A DNA stretch of 64,000 nucleotides from Myxococcota bacterium (GCA_965228475.1 OZ245817.1:2400001-2464000); one strand, 5' to 3'; shown: positions 48,503 through 58,133, counted from the first letter of the stretch. Numbers and translations are program-made. The notes: generated from the sequence alone by a model not told the origin.

Positions 48503-49966
48503 TTACTCGACCCGGTAGTTCGGGGCTTCCTTGGTGATGATGACGTCGTGCACGTGGCCTTCGTGGAGGCCGGCCGGCGAGACGCGCAGGAAGCGGGACT
48601 TCGTGCGCAGCTCCGCCAGGGTGGCCGCGCCGCAGTAGCCCATGCCCGAACGCAGCCCGCCCATGAGCTGGTAGATGCTGTTCGTGAGCGAGCCGCGATA
48701 GGGAATGCGGCCCTCGATGCCCTCGGGCACGAGCTTGCTCGCTTCGTCGACGTCGCCCTGGAAGTAGCGGTCGCTCGAGCCTTCGCGCATCGCGCCGAGC
48801 GAGCCCATGCCGCGGTAGGTCTTGTAGGAGCGCCCCTGGTAGAGGATCACTTCGCCCGGCGCCTCGTCGGTGCCGGCGAAGAGCGAGCCAATCATCACGG
48901 CGTTCGCTCCGGCCGCGAGCGCCTTCACCAGGTCGCCCGAGAACTTGATGCCGCCGTCCGAGATCACCGGCGTGCCCGCCTTGCGGGCGACGGCCACGGC
49001 GTCGGTCACGGCGGTGAGCTGGGGGACGCCGACCCCCGAGACGGCGCGCGTCGTGCAGATCGAACCCGGCCCGATCCCGACCTTCACGGCGGAGACGCCG
49101 GCCTTGATGAGGGCTTCGGTGCCCTCCCCCGTCGCCACGTTGCCGCCGATCAGCGGCTGGTCCGGGAAGGCGCCGCGGAGCCGCTGCACCGCCTCGAGCA
49201 CGCCGGCCGAATGGCCGTGGGCGCTGTCGACGACGATCACGTCCACGCCGGCCCGGATCAGGGCCTCGGTCCGCTCCTCGAGCTCCGGCCCGACGCCAAC
49301 GGCCGCGCCGCAGCGCAGGCGGCCGAGGCCGTCCTTGGCCGCGTTCGGGAAGCGCTCGCTCTTCTCGATGTCCTTGATCGTGATGAGCCCGCGGAGCTGC
49401 CCCTTGTCGTCGACGACCAGGAGCTTCTCGATCCGGTACTCGTGGAGGAGCTCCTTCGCGCGGTCGAGGGTGGTCCCCGGCGCGACGGTCACGAGCCCCT
49501 CGGAGGTCATGTGCTTCGAGATCGGCTGGCTCGTGTCCTTCACGAAGCGCAGGTCACGGTTCGTGAGGATGCCGACGGCCTTGCCGTCGCGGACCACCGG
49601 CAGGCCCGAGATCTTGTAGCGGGCCATCACCTCGAGCGCCTCGTCGATCGGCTGCTCGGGCGCCATGGTGATCGGGTCCGAGATCATCCCCGATTCCGAC
49701 CGCTTCACCCGGTCGACCTCGCTCGCCTGGCTCTTCGGATCGAGGTTCTTGTGGACGATCCCGATCCCGCCGTTCTGCGCCATGCAGATCGCGGCTTCGT
49801 GCTCGGTCACCGTGTCCATCGCGGCCGAGAGCAGCGGCGCCGAGAGCTCGATTTCCGGCGTCAGCTGCGTGCGGAGATCGACGTCCCGCGGCAACACCTC
49901 GGAGTGCCCGGGCACGAGGACCACGTCGTCAAACGTCAGCCCTTCGGCAAGCTTCGAAACATCCAT
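48503..49966 (-). CDS. guaB: IMP dehydrogenase
   Basis: LTFDDV, CBS pair, [10 protein letters not shown] and YRGMGS; start ATG 49966. Confidence 0.98.
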   Translation of the reverse strand: MDVSKLAEGLTFDDVVLVPGHSEVLPRDVDLRTQLTPEIELSAPLLSAAMDTVTEHEAAICMAQNGGIGIVHKNLDPKSQASEVDRVKRSESGMISDPITMAPEQPIDEALEVMARYKISGLPVVRDGKAVGILTNRDLRFVKDTSQPISKHMTSEGLVTVAPGTTLDRAKELLHEYRIEKLLVVDDKGQLRGLITIKDIEKSERFPNAAKDGLGRLRCGAAVGVGPELEERTEALIRAGVDVIVVDSAHGHSAGVLEAVQRLRGAFPDQPLIGGNVATGEGTEALIKAGVSAVKVGIGPGSICTTRAVSGVGVPQLTAVTDAVAVARKAGTPVISDGGIKFSGDLVKALAAGANAVMIGSLFAGTDEAPGEVILYQGRSYKTYRGMGSLGAMREGSSDRYFQGDVDEASKLVPEGIEGRIPYRGSLTNSIYQLMGGLRSGMGYCGAATLAELRTKSRFLRVSPAGLHEGHVHDVIITKEAPNYRVE

Positions 49967-50010
49967 GGCTGTGGGGACCCCCAACCGACAGGCCCGTCAG
50001 TTGGCGCCAA

Positions 50011-50039
50011 AGCTTAGTTAGCCCGCCCTTCTCGCGCAA
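50011..50039 (-). promoter_or_regulatory. Sigma70-type promoter for guaBA-dnaE
   Basis: TTGCGC-N17-TAAGCT. Confidence 0.55.
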
Positions 50040-50066
50040 TATGCGCAGGGGAAACGAGAAGGCGTT

Positions 50067-50603
50067 CTAGCGAGCCGGCCGGCTCCCTACGTACCCGCAA
50101 CAAGCGAGGGGGAGCAGCTCGTCGCAGGAACGGCCACCGGCCGCGCCGGTCGGGAGCATCACACCTCCGGAGACGTACTCCGAGGCGGACGACCAAGCGG
50201 TGAGCGGCTGTTCACCGGCCAGGCGGAAGGGGTTGCAGTCTTCCTCGCTCAAGCTTCCCCATGCGAACTCCGGGATCTCGTCTGGCAGCTTCGTCGTGAA
50301 CGCCAGGGTGCCGGCACTGCACATCCGAGTGCTCGGGAACTCCCGCTGGCACTTCCTCGTTGCCCCGACCAACCCGCCGAGGTTGCCGTCGTAGAGCTCC
50401 TCGGTGAATCCGACCACCTGCCATTGCGCGGGCGGCACGGGCTCTGGCGCTTCGACCACGCGCACGTCCTGCACCTCCGGAAGGTTCGTCACCTCGACGG
50501 CGCCCGTGACCTCGATGCCCTTCGGCGGCGGAATCGGCGGGATCTCCTGCTCGGGGCAGCGGACCGCCACGAGGGCCAGGGACGACAGGATGAGAAGACG
50601 CAT
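50067..50603 (-). CDS. Secreted/lipoprotein Cys-rich hypothetical protein (DUF1554-like)
   Basis: SD AGGAGG; signal peptide ending near Cys; GFT..YDGNLGGLVGA..KCQ motif; terminal SC..L.LACC. Confidence 0.6.
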   Translation of the reverse strand: MRLLILSSLALVAVRCPEQEIPPIPPPKGIEVTGAVEVTNLPEVQDVRVVEAPEPVPPAQWQVVGFTEELYDGNLGGLVGATRKCQREFPSTRMCSAGTLAFTTKLPDEIPEFAWGSLSEEDCNPFRLAGEQPLTAWSSASEYVSGGVMLPTGAAGGRSCDELLPLACCGYVGSRPAR

Positions 50604-50673
50604 GCGACCTCCTGGGGGAGAGCCGCTGCGAAGCTAAGGACTGGATCGCCCGAGCGCGAGGGCGGACTGCCCC

Positions 50674-52218
50674 CTAGGGAAGCACCCGCGAGAAGAGCCC
50701 GCGCAGGAGCGCCAGGGGCTCCTTGTCCCGCTCGAGGGGTAGGAGGAAGAGCGGGACCTCGTCGAACAGGCGGGTGTTCTCGCGCAGGTCGTCGGCGAGG
50801 GACTTCTCGCCCTTGCGGACGAGGACGACGTGGAACATGCGTGCGCGGGGCAAGGCGCGCAGGGTCTCGGCCAGGGGCCGGAGCCGCTCGGCGGCCTCGC
50901 CGATCGGCCCGCTCATCAGGAAGAGCGTGCCGATGGCGCCGTGGGCGGCCACGGGCCAGAGCGGCGCGTGCTGGCGCCCGGCCGGGACGTGGACGAGCTG
51001 GAGCGCCGTGTCGTTGTCGACCGGGACGCGGCCGATGCGCAGCAGGTCGTCGGCGTTGAAGTCTTCCTGGGTGAAGGCGTCTTCGAGCCGCGCGCCGGGC
51101 AGGCCGCGCAGAAGCCGCACGAAGTCGTGGGTGGCGCCCTCGTCCGCCGAGACCACGAGGAGCTTCGCGTGCTGGCCGGCGCGCGCCGCGCCGAGGCGGC
51201 CGAGCCAATCCCGCAGGCGGTGCGCCTGGGCGCTCGAGAAGAGCTTCTCCGCCTCCGAGAGCGGCGCCGCCGGGGCCGCACCCTGGCGGATCTCGACCAT
51301 GCCGCGCTCCGAAAGCGTCTGGAGCGTGCGGAGCACCTGGTAGTCCGGGTAGGAGCAGCGGTCCACCACGTCTTGCACCGTGCTGTAGAGCTCGAGCAGG
51401 AGCAGGACCTCCTGGGTCAGCGGGTGGATCGTGTTCGGGAGCTCGGCGGTCTTCACGCGCAGCTCGACCTGGGCGTCGCCCGTCGGGAAGGTCGTCCCGA
51501 GGCGCGCGAGCTCGTCGACCTGGCGCATGCCCTCGAGCAGCAGGCTCCGGGTCGAGGTCTGGATCTGGTGCGGCACGTCGCCCGAGCCGTGGCGGAAGGC
51601 GAAGCTGCCCTCGCCCCAGGTGAGCAGCCGGAAGAGCGCCTTCTCGCCTTCGACGGCGCCGACCGCGGCCTGGACCACGTCGCCGTTCGCGAGCGAGATC
51701 GTGCCCTCCTCGGTTTCGCCGCCGGCACCGGTGCGCGAGAGCTCGATCGTGCCGCTCTGGCGGTTGCCCTGGAAGAGCTGGATCAGGTCCGGGAGCGAGA
51801 TCTGCGTGAGTTTGCCGGTCACGCCCTTCTCGGTCTCGCGGCCGACGTCCTCGATCCGGGCGCGCCGGTTCACGATGCGCTCGATGCGGAGCGCGAGCTC
51901 GTTCGGCTCGACCGGGAGCGTCACGACCTCGTCGAGGTAGTCGCCCCGGGGCGCCGCGCTCTTGTGGTCGTCGAGAAAGACGAAGCGGATCTGGGCCGTG
52001 CGCGGGTTCGCGCGCAGGATCGAGGCGAGCTTGGTGGCGTCGATCAGCGGCAGGTCGAAGGGCGCCACGAGCACCGCGGGCGGCGTCTCGAGGGAGACCT
52101 CGAGGGCGCGCGTGCCATGGCCCACCGTGCGCGGCTCGAGCCCGTGGGCCCGGCAGGCCTCGGCGAACTGCGTGGCGCGCTCCCGGTGGTGGTCGGCGAT
52201 CAGGACGGAACGGGACAT
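50674..52218 (-). CDS. Pseudo-receiver + DUF4388 (PatA_N) + degenerate small-GTPase-like domain protein
   Basis: N-terminal REC fold; GKLTQISLPDLIQLF...GEKALFRLLTWGEGSF (DUF4388); C-terminal KLLVV...GRVPV...LQLVHVP...LW pattern. Confidence 0.75.
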   Translation of the reverse strand: MSRSVLIADHHRERATQFAEACRAHGLEPRTVGHGTRALEVSLETPPAVLVAPFDLPLIDATKLASILRANPRTAQIRFVFLDDHKSAAPRGDYLDEVVTLPVEPNELALRIERIVNRRARIEDVGRETEKGVTGKLTQISLPDLIQLFQGNRQSGTIELSRTGAGGETEEGTISLANGDVVQAAVGAVEGEKALFRLLTWGEGSFAFRHGSGDVPHQIQTSTRSLLLEGMRQVDELARLGTTFPTGDAQVELRVKTAELPNTIHPLTQEVLLLLELYSTVQDVVDRCSYPDYQVLRTLQTLSERGMVEIRQGAAPAAPLSEAEKLFSSAQAHRLRDWLGRLGAARAGQHAKLLVVSADEGATHDFVRLLRGLPGARLEDAFTQEDFNADDLLRIGRVPVDNDTALQLVHVPAGRQHAPLWPVAAHGAIGTLFLMSGPIGEAAERLRPLAETLRALPRARMFHVVLVRKGEKSLADDLRENTRLFDEVPLFLLPLERDKEPLALLRGLFSRVLP

Positions 52219-52230
52219 GCGATCGTCCTC

Positions 52231-54081
52231 CTACGCCGAGAGCGCGATGCCGAGATCGCGCTGCAGGCCGAAAGCCAGGTGTTCGACGAGCGCCCGGTCC
52301 GCGGTATGGAAGAGGCACTCGTCCCCCTCCTCGGCCGCGCCGCGCAACAGGGCATAGGCCGGGCCCTCGCCGTAGTAGAGGACGAAGGGATGCGTGATGC
52401 CGGCCTCCTCGGCCACGACCGTCGTCAGCGGAATGCCGGCCGGCGCCTCGGCCCCGTCGGCCACGAAGATCACCTGGGTGCCGAGCTCGACCCCGCGCAG
52501 GGCTTCGAGGCCTTCGCGCAGGGACGGCGAGAGCGGGCCCCCGGGCGCGAGGAACAGGAGGCCGCGGTCGCCCGGGCGCCGGACGAGCTCGTCGAGAAGG
52601 AAGCGCGTGGCCTGCTCCGCGGTGCGCGGCGCGCCCGGGCCGGCCACCCGCAGGAGGCCGGCGGCCATCTCCTCGAATGGCGTCTCCCCGCCGACGAGTT
52701 CCTTGGCGACGCTCGTGCGGGCCTCCTCGAGGCGGGCGTCGAGCACGCGGACGAGCGGTTCGAGCTGGTCGCCATCGCCCGGGAAGGTCGCCGCCGAGAG
52801 CGTGACCTCGGGCTGGAGGTCGCAGCCCTCGGGCTTCAAGACGGACTCGCGAGCGATCATGTCGCGGATGCGGCGCTTCAGGACGGCGGCGCCGAGGGCA
52901 TCGGTCTCCGGGAGCAGGATCCGGTAGCGCGCGTCGCTCTCGGTCGCGACGAGGTCCGTCGCACGCAGGGCGCGCCCGATGTGGAAGACGATCGACTCGA
53001 GCCAGTGGCCGAGCTCCGGGTCCGAGAGCCGCTGGCGCATGGGCGCCAGGTTCCCGAGCTCGAGCTTCAGCATCGAGAAGTGCCGGCCGAAGCGGCTCGC
53101 CTTGTTGATCTCGTTGCGCGCGAGGTCCTCGAAGTAGGCGAGCGTGTAGGCCTTGGTCGTCGGGTCCTTGAAAGAGCGACGCTCGAGGGAGCGGAAGCGC
53201 TGGGCGTTGCCGAGGGCGAGCCCCGAGAGGTCCACGAACTTCTCGACGGCGGCGCGGTCGGAGTCCTCGAAGGCCGCGCGCTCGAGCTTGTCCGTCAGCC
53301 GCGCGAGGGCCACGAGGCTCCCGTTGCGCACGAAGGGAACGTAGAGCGCGCCGGCCGCCTGCTCGTGCCCCGCAAGATCGTGGACGCTGTCGATCACGCA
53401 GCTCGTCCCCGCCGGATCGCTGAGATCGGAGAGCTCCGTCGGGAAGCGGCTCGGCAGGATCTCCTCGGGCTCGTCGACCATGCGCACGAGGCCCTTGGCG
53501 GCCACCAGGCGCAGGGTGTTCGCGTCCTCGCTCGGCTGGGCCCAGAGCACGCCGCCCTGGGCACCGGTCTCGAGACAGAGCCCGTCGACGATGCGCTCGG
53601 CCAGGGGCTCGAGCGAGAGCGTCGCGAACAGGCCCATGGCCCGCTCGTAGAGCGAGAGCTCGCCCATGTAGTCGAGGTTCTCTTGCATCAGGCGGTGATG
53701 CTCGTTCTCGAGCCGCCGCCGCTCGAAGAGCCGTTCGAGGGTGTGCTGGAGGGCGCCGCGCTCGATCGGCTTCAGCTGGTAGTCGAGCGCGCCCTGCTTC
53801 ATGCACTCGACGGCGGTCTTCACGTCGCCGCCGCTCGCGAGCACGACGATGCCGAGGTCCGGGTAGCCGTCGCGCAGGGCGCGGACGAAATCGGTGCCAT
53901 CGGCGTCGGGCAACAGCACGTCGGTCAGGACGACGTCGAAGTTCTCGCGTTCGAGGGCGCGGCGGGCTTCCGCGGCGGAGCCCGCCGTGCGGACCTCATA
54001 GCCGTCCTCTCCCAGGAGCTCTTCGATGAAGGCCCGGAAGTACGGTTGATCGTCGACTGCGAGTATTCGTCCGCTCGGCAC
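52231..54081 (-). CDS. Response regulator REC + GAF + degenerate GGDEF + DICT-like domain protein
   Basis: ILAVDD...LTD...LKP; GAF ending FEDSD; DPTTKAY...DLVATESDARYRILLPET. GTG 54081 follows GGGGGG. Confidence 0.78.
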   Translation of the reverse strand: MPSGRILAVDDQPYFRAFIEELLGEDGYEVRTAGSAAEARRALERENFDVVLTDVLLPDADGTDFVRALRDGYPDLGIVVLASGGDVKTAVECMKQGALDYQLKPIERGALQHTLERLFERRRLENEHHRLMQENLDYMGELSLYERAMGLFATLSLEPLAERIVDGLCLETGAQGGVLWAQPSEDANTLRLVAAKGLVRMVDEPEEILPSRFPTELSDLSDPAGTSCVIDSVHDLAGHEQAAGALYVPFVRNGSLVALARLTDKLERAAFEDSDRAAVEKFVDLSGLALGNAQRFRSLERRSFKDPTTKAYTLAYFEDLARNEINKASRFGRHFSMLKLELGNLAPMRQRLSDPELGHWLESIVFHIGRALRATDLVATESDARYRILLPETDALGAAVLKRRIRDMIARESVLKPEGCDLQPEVTLSAATFPGDGDQLEPLVRVLDARLEEARTSVAKELVGGETPFEEMAAGLLRVAGPGAPRTAEQATRFLLDELVRRPGDRGLLFLAPGGPLSPSLREGLEALRGVELGTQVIFVADGAEAPAGIPLTTVVAEEAGITHPFVLYYGEGPAYALLRGAAEEGDECLFHTADRALVEHLAFGLQRDLGIALSA

Positions 54082-54113
54082 GTTCCCCCCTGCCCGGCCG
54101 GCGCTTCCCGCGG

Positions 54114-55589
54114 CTAGTGGCCTTGCGACGCCAGACCCTCGGGCCCGGGATCGCCGGCTGCCGCGGGCCCACGCGGCCCGCCCCTGCGCAACCCATCGGC
54201 AGAATCGCCTCCGGGCTTCACTCCATCCAGTGATTTCGGACGTCCGATCATGGAGTGGGGGGTCGCCTCCACGATTTCGACGCGGGCCAGGGCCCCCGGC
54301 GCCAGCTCCGCACCGCCCTCGAGGTTCACGCGGCGATGGTGGGCGTCGCGCCCGCAGAGCTGGCGGCCTCCGCGGCGGCTCGGCCCTTCCACCCGCACCT
54401 CGACCGTCGTGCCGACCCGGCTGCGATGCGTAGCCAGCCGGAGCCGGGCCTGGAGCGCCTGGAGGCGTTCGAGCCGGTCCTGGGCCACGTCCTCGGCCAC
54501 CTCGCCGGGCAGCTCGGAGGCCCGCGTGCCCGGCCGCGGCGAGTACTTGAAGGAGAAGCTGTCGACGAACCCGACGGCCTCGACGAGCGCCAGGGTCGCC
54601 TCGAAGTCCTCCTCGGTCTCCCCCGGGAAGCCCACGATCAGGTCCGTCGTGAGGTCGATGTCGCTGCGCGCGGCGCGCAGGGCCGCCACGATCTCGAGGT
54701 ACTCCGCCGCCGTGTAGCGGCGCCGCATGAGCTCGAGCATCCGGTCCGAACCGCTCTGCACCGGGAGGTGGACGTGGGGGCAGAGCCGCTCGAGCTTCGC
54801 GTGGGCGGCCACGAGCGCCTCGTCGAAGAAGAGCGGGTGCGGGCTCGTGTAGCGGATGCGGTCGAGGCCCGGCGTCGCATCGAGCGCCGCGAGCAGCTCC
54901 GCGAAGGGCATCGTGCCGAGGGCCTCGGCCTTGCCCCGGCGCACGTCGTGCCGGCCGTAGGCGTTCACGGTCTGGCCGAGCAGCGTGATTTCGCGGACCC
55001 CCTGCGCGGCGAGCTGGCGCGCTTCTTCGAGGATCCCGGCGGCGGGCCGGCTGATCTCGCGGCCGCGCGTCGTCGGCACGATGCAGAAGCTGCAAAACAT
55101 GTCGCAGCCCTCCATCACCGTGAGGAAGGCGCGGCCCGGCGTCGTGCTCGAGAAGGACGGATGGCGCTCGGGCAGGTCGAAGCGGTCGAGCGAGCGCGAC
55201 TCTTCGGTGCGCACCGCCCGCTGGCCGTCGAGGGCCGCCTCCGCCAGGGCCGGCACGCGCACGAGGTTGTGCGTCCCGAAGACGAAGTCCACCTGGTCGA
55301 AGCGGTCGAGCAGGACGTCGCCCTCCTGCTGGGCCACGCAGCCTCCCACGCCGATCACGCGTTCGGGCCGGGCCTCCTTCCAGGCGCGGAGCTTGCCGAC
55401 GTCGCTGTAGAGCTTGTGCTCGACCTTGTCCCGGATCGAGCAGGTATTCACGATCAGGAGATCCGCCGAGTCCGGATCCGCTGCGGCCTCGTAGCCCGCA
55501 TGGTGGAGCAGGTTCGACACCTTCTCGGTGTCGTGGACGTTCATCTGGCATCCAAAGGTGCGGATCCAGAAGCGGCGAGGCTCGGCCAC
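54114..55589 (-). CDS. miaB: tRNA-2-methylthio-N6-dimethylallyladenosine synthase
   Basis: TFGCQMN, NTCSIR, GCVAQ, CDMFCSFC, VGFPGETEEDF, TRAM; start GTG 55589. Confidence 0.96.
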   Translation of the reverse strand: MAEPRRFWIRTFGCQMNVHDTEKVSNLLHHAGYEAAADPDSADLLIVNTCSIRDKVEHKLYSDVGKLRAWKEARPERVIGVGGCVAQQEGDVLLDRFDQVDFVFGTHNLVRVPALAEAALDGQRAVRTEESRSLDRFDLPERHPSFSSTTPGRAFLTVMEGCDMFCSFCIVPTTRGREISRPAAGILEEARQLAAQGVREITLLGQTVNAYGRHDVRRGKAEALGTMPFAELLAALDATPGLDRIRYTSPHPLFFDEALVAAHAKLERLCPHVHLPVQSGSDRMLELMRRRYTAAEYLEIVAALRAARSDIDLTTDLIVGFPGETEEDFEATLALVEAVGFVDSFSFKYSPRPGTRASELPGEVAEDVAQDRLERLQALQARLRLATHRSRVGTTVEVRVEGPSRRGGRQLCGRDAHHRRVNLEGGAELAPGALARVEIVEATPHSMIGRPKSLDGVKPGGDSADGLRRGGPRGPAAAGDPGPEGLASQGH

Positions 55590-55675
55590 GGTGGCTCCAG
55601 GGGCTGCGGGACGTTCGCGCCGCGCGGCGATGCGGCCCGTTCCGGGCATGCCGCGATGCGTTGCGAAGCCTCGCG

Positions 55676-55705
55676 ACGGTAACGGAGCGCGAAGACCTGC
55701 GTCAA
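55676..55705 (-). promoter_or_regulatory. Putative miaB promoter
   Basis: TTGACG-N18-TACCGT. Confidence 0.4.
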
Positions 55706-55801
55706 ACGCCACCCGGGGCCCATTCGGCCCGCAAATAGACGTGCAAAATCAGGGTCATCGGTCGGGAATCGTTGATGTTTTGCGGGCGAGGAAAAACGTG
55801 T

Positions 55802-55829
55802 TTGACAACGTTCGGGCCCCCTGCATAAT
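55802..55829 (+). promoter_or_regulatory. Near-consensus sigma70 promoter with no CDS downstream
   Basis: TTGACA-N16-CATAAT with an A/T-rich upstream region. Confidence 0.65.
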
Positions 55830-55836
55830 GGCTCTC

Positions 55837-55955
55837 GGAGGGCCGGTGGATTAGACATTTCGAGTTCGAAATGTCCAACCTCTCACCCCCCATAATCCGT
55901 CCACCGGACCTCCACGCATTCGAAAAGCCCCGCTGGGAAACCAGCGGGGCTTTTT
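55837..55955 (+). ncRNA. Putative ~120-nt small RNA
   Basis: Lies between the promoter and terminator. Closing stem GGAGG.CCGGTGGA/TCCACCGG.CCTCC, 9-bp hairpin GACATTTCG-AGTT-CGAAATGTC, C-rich linker. Confidence 0.65.
55922..55955. terminator. Bidirectional intrinsic terminator
   Basis: AAAAGCCCCGCTGG-GAAA-CCAGCGGGGCTTTTT; U-tracts on both strands. Confidence 0.9.
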
Positions 55956-55999
55956 CGTTCTTCGCGGTTCATCGGGTTCGGGAGCGCTAGGGCACGGGC

Positions 56000-56695
56000 T
56001 CACCCGTAGACCATCTCCGGGTACATGAGGTCGACGGCGAAGAAGAAGACCGGCATGAAGATCTCGTCGAAGATCCGCCACGCGATCAGGATGCCGATCC
56101 AACCGAGCATCGGCTCCCGGGTCACGTTCATCCACGCCTCGCTGGCGCGCTCGCTGAGGAGCAGCGGCAGCGCGCCTGCCCCATCGAGGGGCGGGACCGG
56201 GAGGAGATTCAGCACGAACAGCACCAGGTTCATGGAGAAGAATACGCCGACGATGTAGCCGACCTGCTCGAGGCCCGGCGTTGCCGCCGCGGTGATGGCC
56301 GCGAAGCGGATGGAAGGCGGGGGGAAGAAGATTTCGAGTGCGATCCCCGCGCGAATCAGCAAGGCCGCGATCAGCACGAGTGCGAGGTTCGCCGCAGGCC
56401 CCGCCAGCGCCATCCAGGCTGCGCGCCGCGGGTGAGCCCGCGCCCAATCCGGGTCGTACGGGGCGCTCGCAAAGCCGAACGGCCAGCCCGAGATCGCCAC
56501 CGTGATCAGCGGCAACAGCACCATCCCCACGGGCTCGCGCCGGATGTGGGGAATCGGGTCGAGCGTGACCTGCCCCCCGTGGTACGCGGTCGGATCTCCG
56601 CCGCGGAGCGCCGCCCACGCATGCGCCGCCTCGTGAACGGTCACCGAAAACAGGAACGCGACGTAGAAGACGAGGGCTCCGACCGGGTCTTCCAT
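56000..56695 (-). CDS. Site-2 protease family (M50) membrane metalloprotease
   Basis: HEAAH, GDPTA, LAGPAAN and NLLPVPPLDG motifs. Confidence 0.92.
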   Translation of the reverse strand: MEDPVGALVFYVAFLFSVTVHEAAHAWAALRGGDPTAYHGGQVTLDPIPHIRREPVGMVLLPLITVAISGWPFGFASAPYDPDWARAHPRRAAWMALAGPAANLALVLIAALLIRAGIALEIFFPPPSIRFAAITAAATPGLEQVGYIVGVFFSMNLVLFVLNLLPVPPLDGAGALPLLLSERASEAWMNVTREPMLGWIGILIAWRIFDEIFMPVFFFAVDLMYPEMVYG

Positions 56696-56704
56696 CGGCG
56701 CCGG

Positions 56705-58126
56705 CTACAGGATCAGGCCGTCGACGATCTTCGAGAGCTGGCGGAGGTTGCGGACCTCCTCGGCCACGTCGGTGTAGGGCAGATAGCGATCCATCACGGA
56801 GTCGCCGAAGCCCCAGGCGCCGGGGCTCTCCGGGTTCAGCCAGACGACGTTCTTGGCCTTGTCGTGGATGTCGCGCACGCACCAGGCCTTCGGGTCGTTG
56901 TAGTTGTTGCGGGCGTCCCCGAGGATCAGGACCGTGGTCTTGTTGTCGACCGCCGAGAGGAAGTCGCGCCAGAAGGTGTGGAACGCGAAGCCGAAGTTGC
57001 TGCGCGTGTAGACGTTGATCACGCCGCCGCCGTCGAGGGCGCTCTCGACGGCCTCGTTCACTTCCTTTTCCTGGAAGACCGAGGAGACCTCGCCGAGCTC
57101 CGCCACGAACACGAAGGTCCGGATCTTGGTGAAGGCTTCCTGCAGCGCGTACATGAACTGCAGCATGAAGCGCGAGACGTTCGCCACGGAGCTCGAGACG
57201 TCGCACAGGATCACGAGCTTCGGGCGGTCCTTCTTCTTCTGCTTGTAGACCACGTCGAAGGGCACGCCGCCGTGGCTCATGTTCTTGCGCAGCGTGTAGT
57301 GGAGGTCGAGCTTCCCCTTCTTCAGGCGGCGGCGGCGGATCGAGAGGATGTTCTTGATGCGCTGGGCGAGGCGGTTCACGACCTCGCGCATCTGCTTGAT
57401 CTCTTCCTCGGTCAGGTTGTAGAAGCTCTTCTCGAGCAGGCTCTCGCGGCGGAACTTCTCCATGTAGTCGAGGTTCTGCTTGCGCAGCTCGCGCTCGGTG
57501 AAGTTGCGCACGGTCTTGCGGAGCGCTTCCTGGATCCGGCCGAGGTGCTCCATCAGCCCCTCGACCTCCTCCTCGCCCATGCCCGCGTCGCGCAGACGCT
57601 GGGCCAGCGCTTCGAGCTGCCCCATCGCGCCCTCGGCGTTCATCTGCTCAAGGATGCGGCGCGTGAAGAAGCCGACCTGGAGCATGTTCTCGATGCGGCC
57701 GGTCCCCGCCTGCTCGGCGGCGTCGCGGATCATCTGCTCGAGCTGGTCGAGGTCCATGGTCAGGAGCGCCTGGGCGAGGTCGTTCAGGTCGATGTCGCCC
57801 GGGTCCATCTCGCCCATCAGCTCCTGGAGCCGCTGCATGAGCTGATCCATGTCCATGCCTTCGGGAAGGCCGCCGGCGGCGCCTTCGAAGTTCTGGCGGA
57901 GCTCGTCGTAGAAGCCCGACCAGAAGAGGTCGAAGAGCTGGTCGAAGGTCCCGATGTCCTCGTTCTTCTTGACCATGGACGCGCGCAGGGCGTCCTTGAA
58001 GATCTCGCGCTCGTCGAGCGAGAGGCGGTCGAGGGCGTCGAAGGCGTCGATCGACTCCGCCACCGACACCCGAACGCCGCTCTTCCGAAGCAGATTCCCG
58101 AACTCGACGAGCTTCTTCTGCATCAA
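56705..58126 (-). CDS. CoxE-like VWA domain protein
   Basis: LCDVSSSV MIDAS, ILGDARNNY and VWLNPE motifs. Confidence 0.9.
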   Translation of the reverse strand: MMQKKLVEFGNLLRKSGVRVSVAESIDAFDALDRLSLDEREIFKDALRASMVKKNEDIGTFDQLFDLFWSGFYDELRQNFEGAAGGLPEGMDMDQLMQRLQELMGEMDPGDIDLNDLAQALLTMDLDQLEQMIRDAAEQAGTGRIENMLQVGFFTRRILEQMNAEGAMGQLEALAQRLRDAGMGEEEVEGLMEHLGRIQEALRKTVRNFTERELRKQNLDYMEKFRRESLLEKSFYNLTEEEIKQMREVVNRLAQRIKNILSIRRRRLKKGKLDLHYTLRKNMSHGGVPFDVVYKQKKKDRPKLVILCDVSSSVANVSRFMLQFMYALQEAFTKIRTFVFVAELGEVSSVFQEKEVNEAVESALDGGGVINVYTRSNFGFAFHTFWRDFLSAVDNKTTVLILGDARNNYNDPKAWCVRDIHDKAKNVVWLNPESPGAWGFGDSVMDRYLPYTDVAEEVRNLRQLSKIVDGLIL

Positions 58127-58133
58127 CCGGCTC

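Noticed and set aside
55541..55893. Minus-strand ORFs (63 and 105 aa) across the sRNA/promoter region
   Set aside because: Atypical codon usage and no motifs; they overlap promoter elements and are better explained as non-coding.
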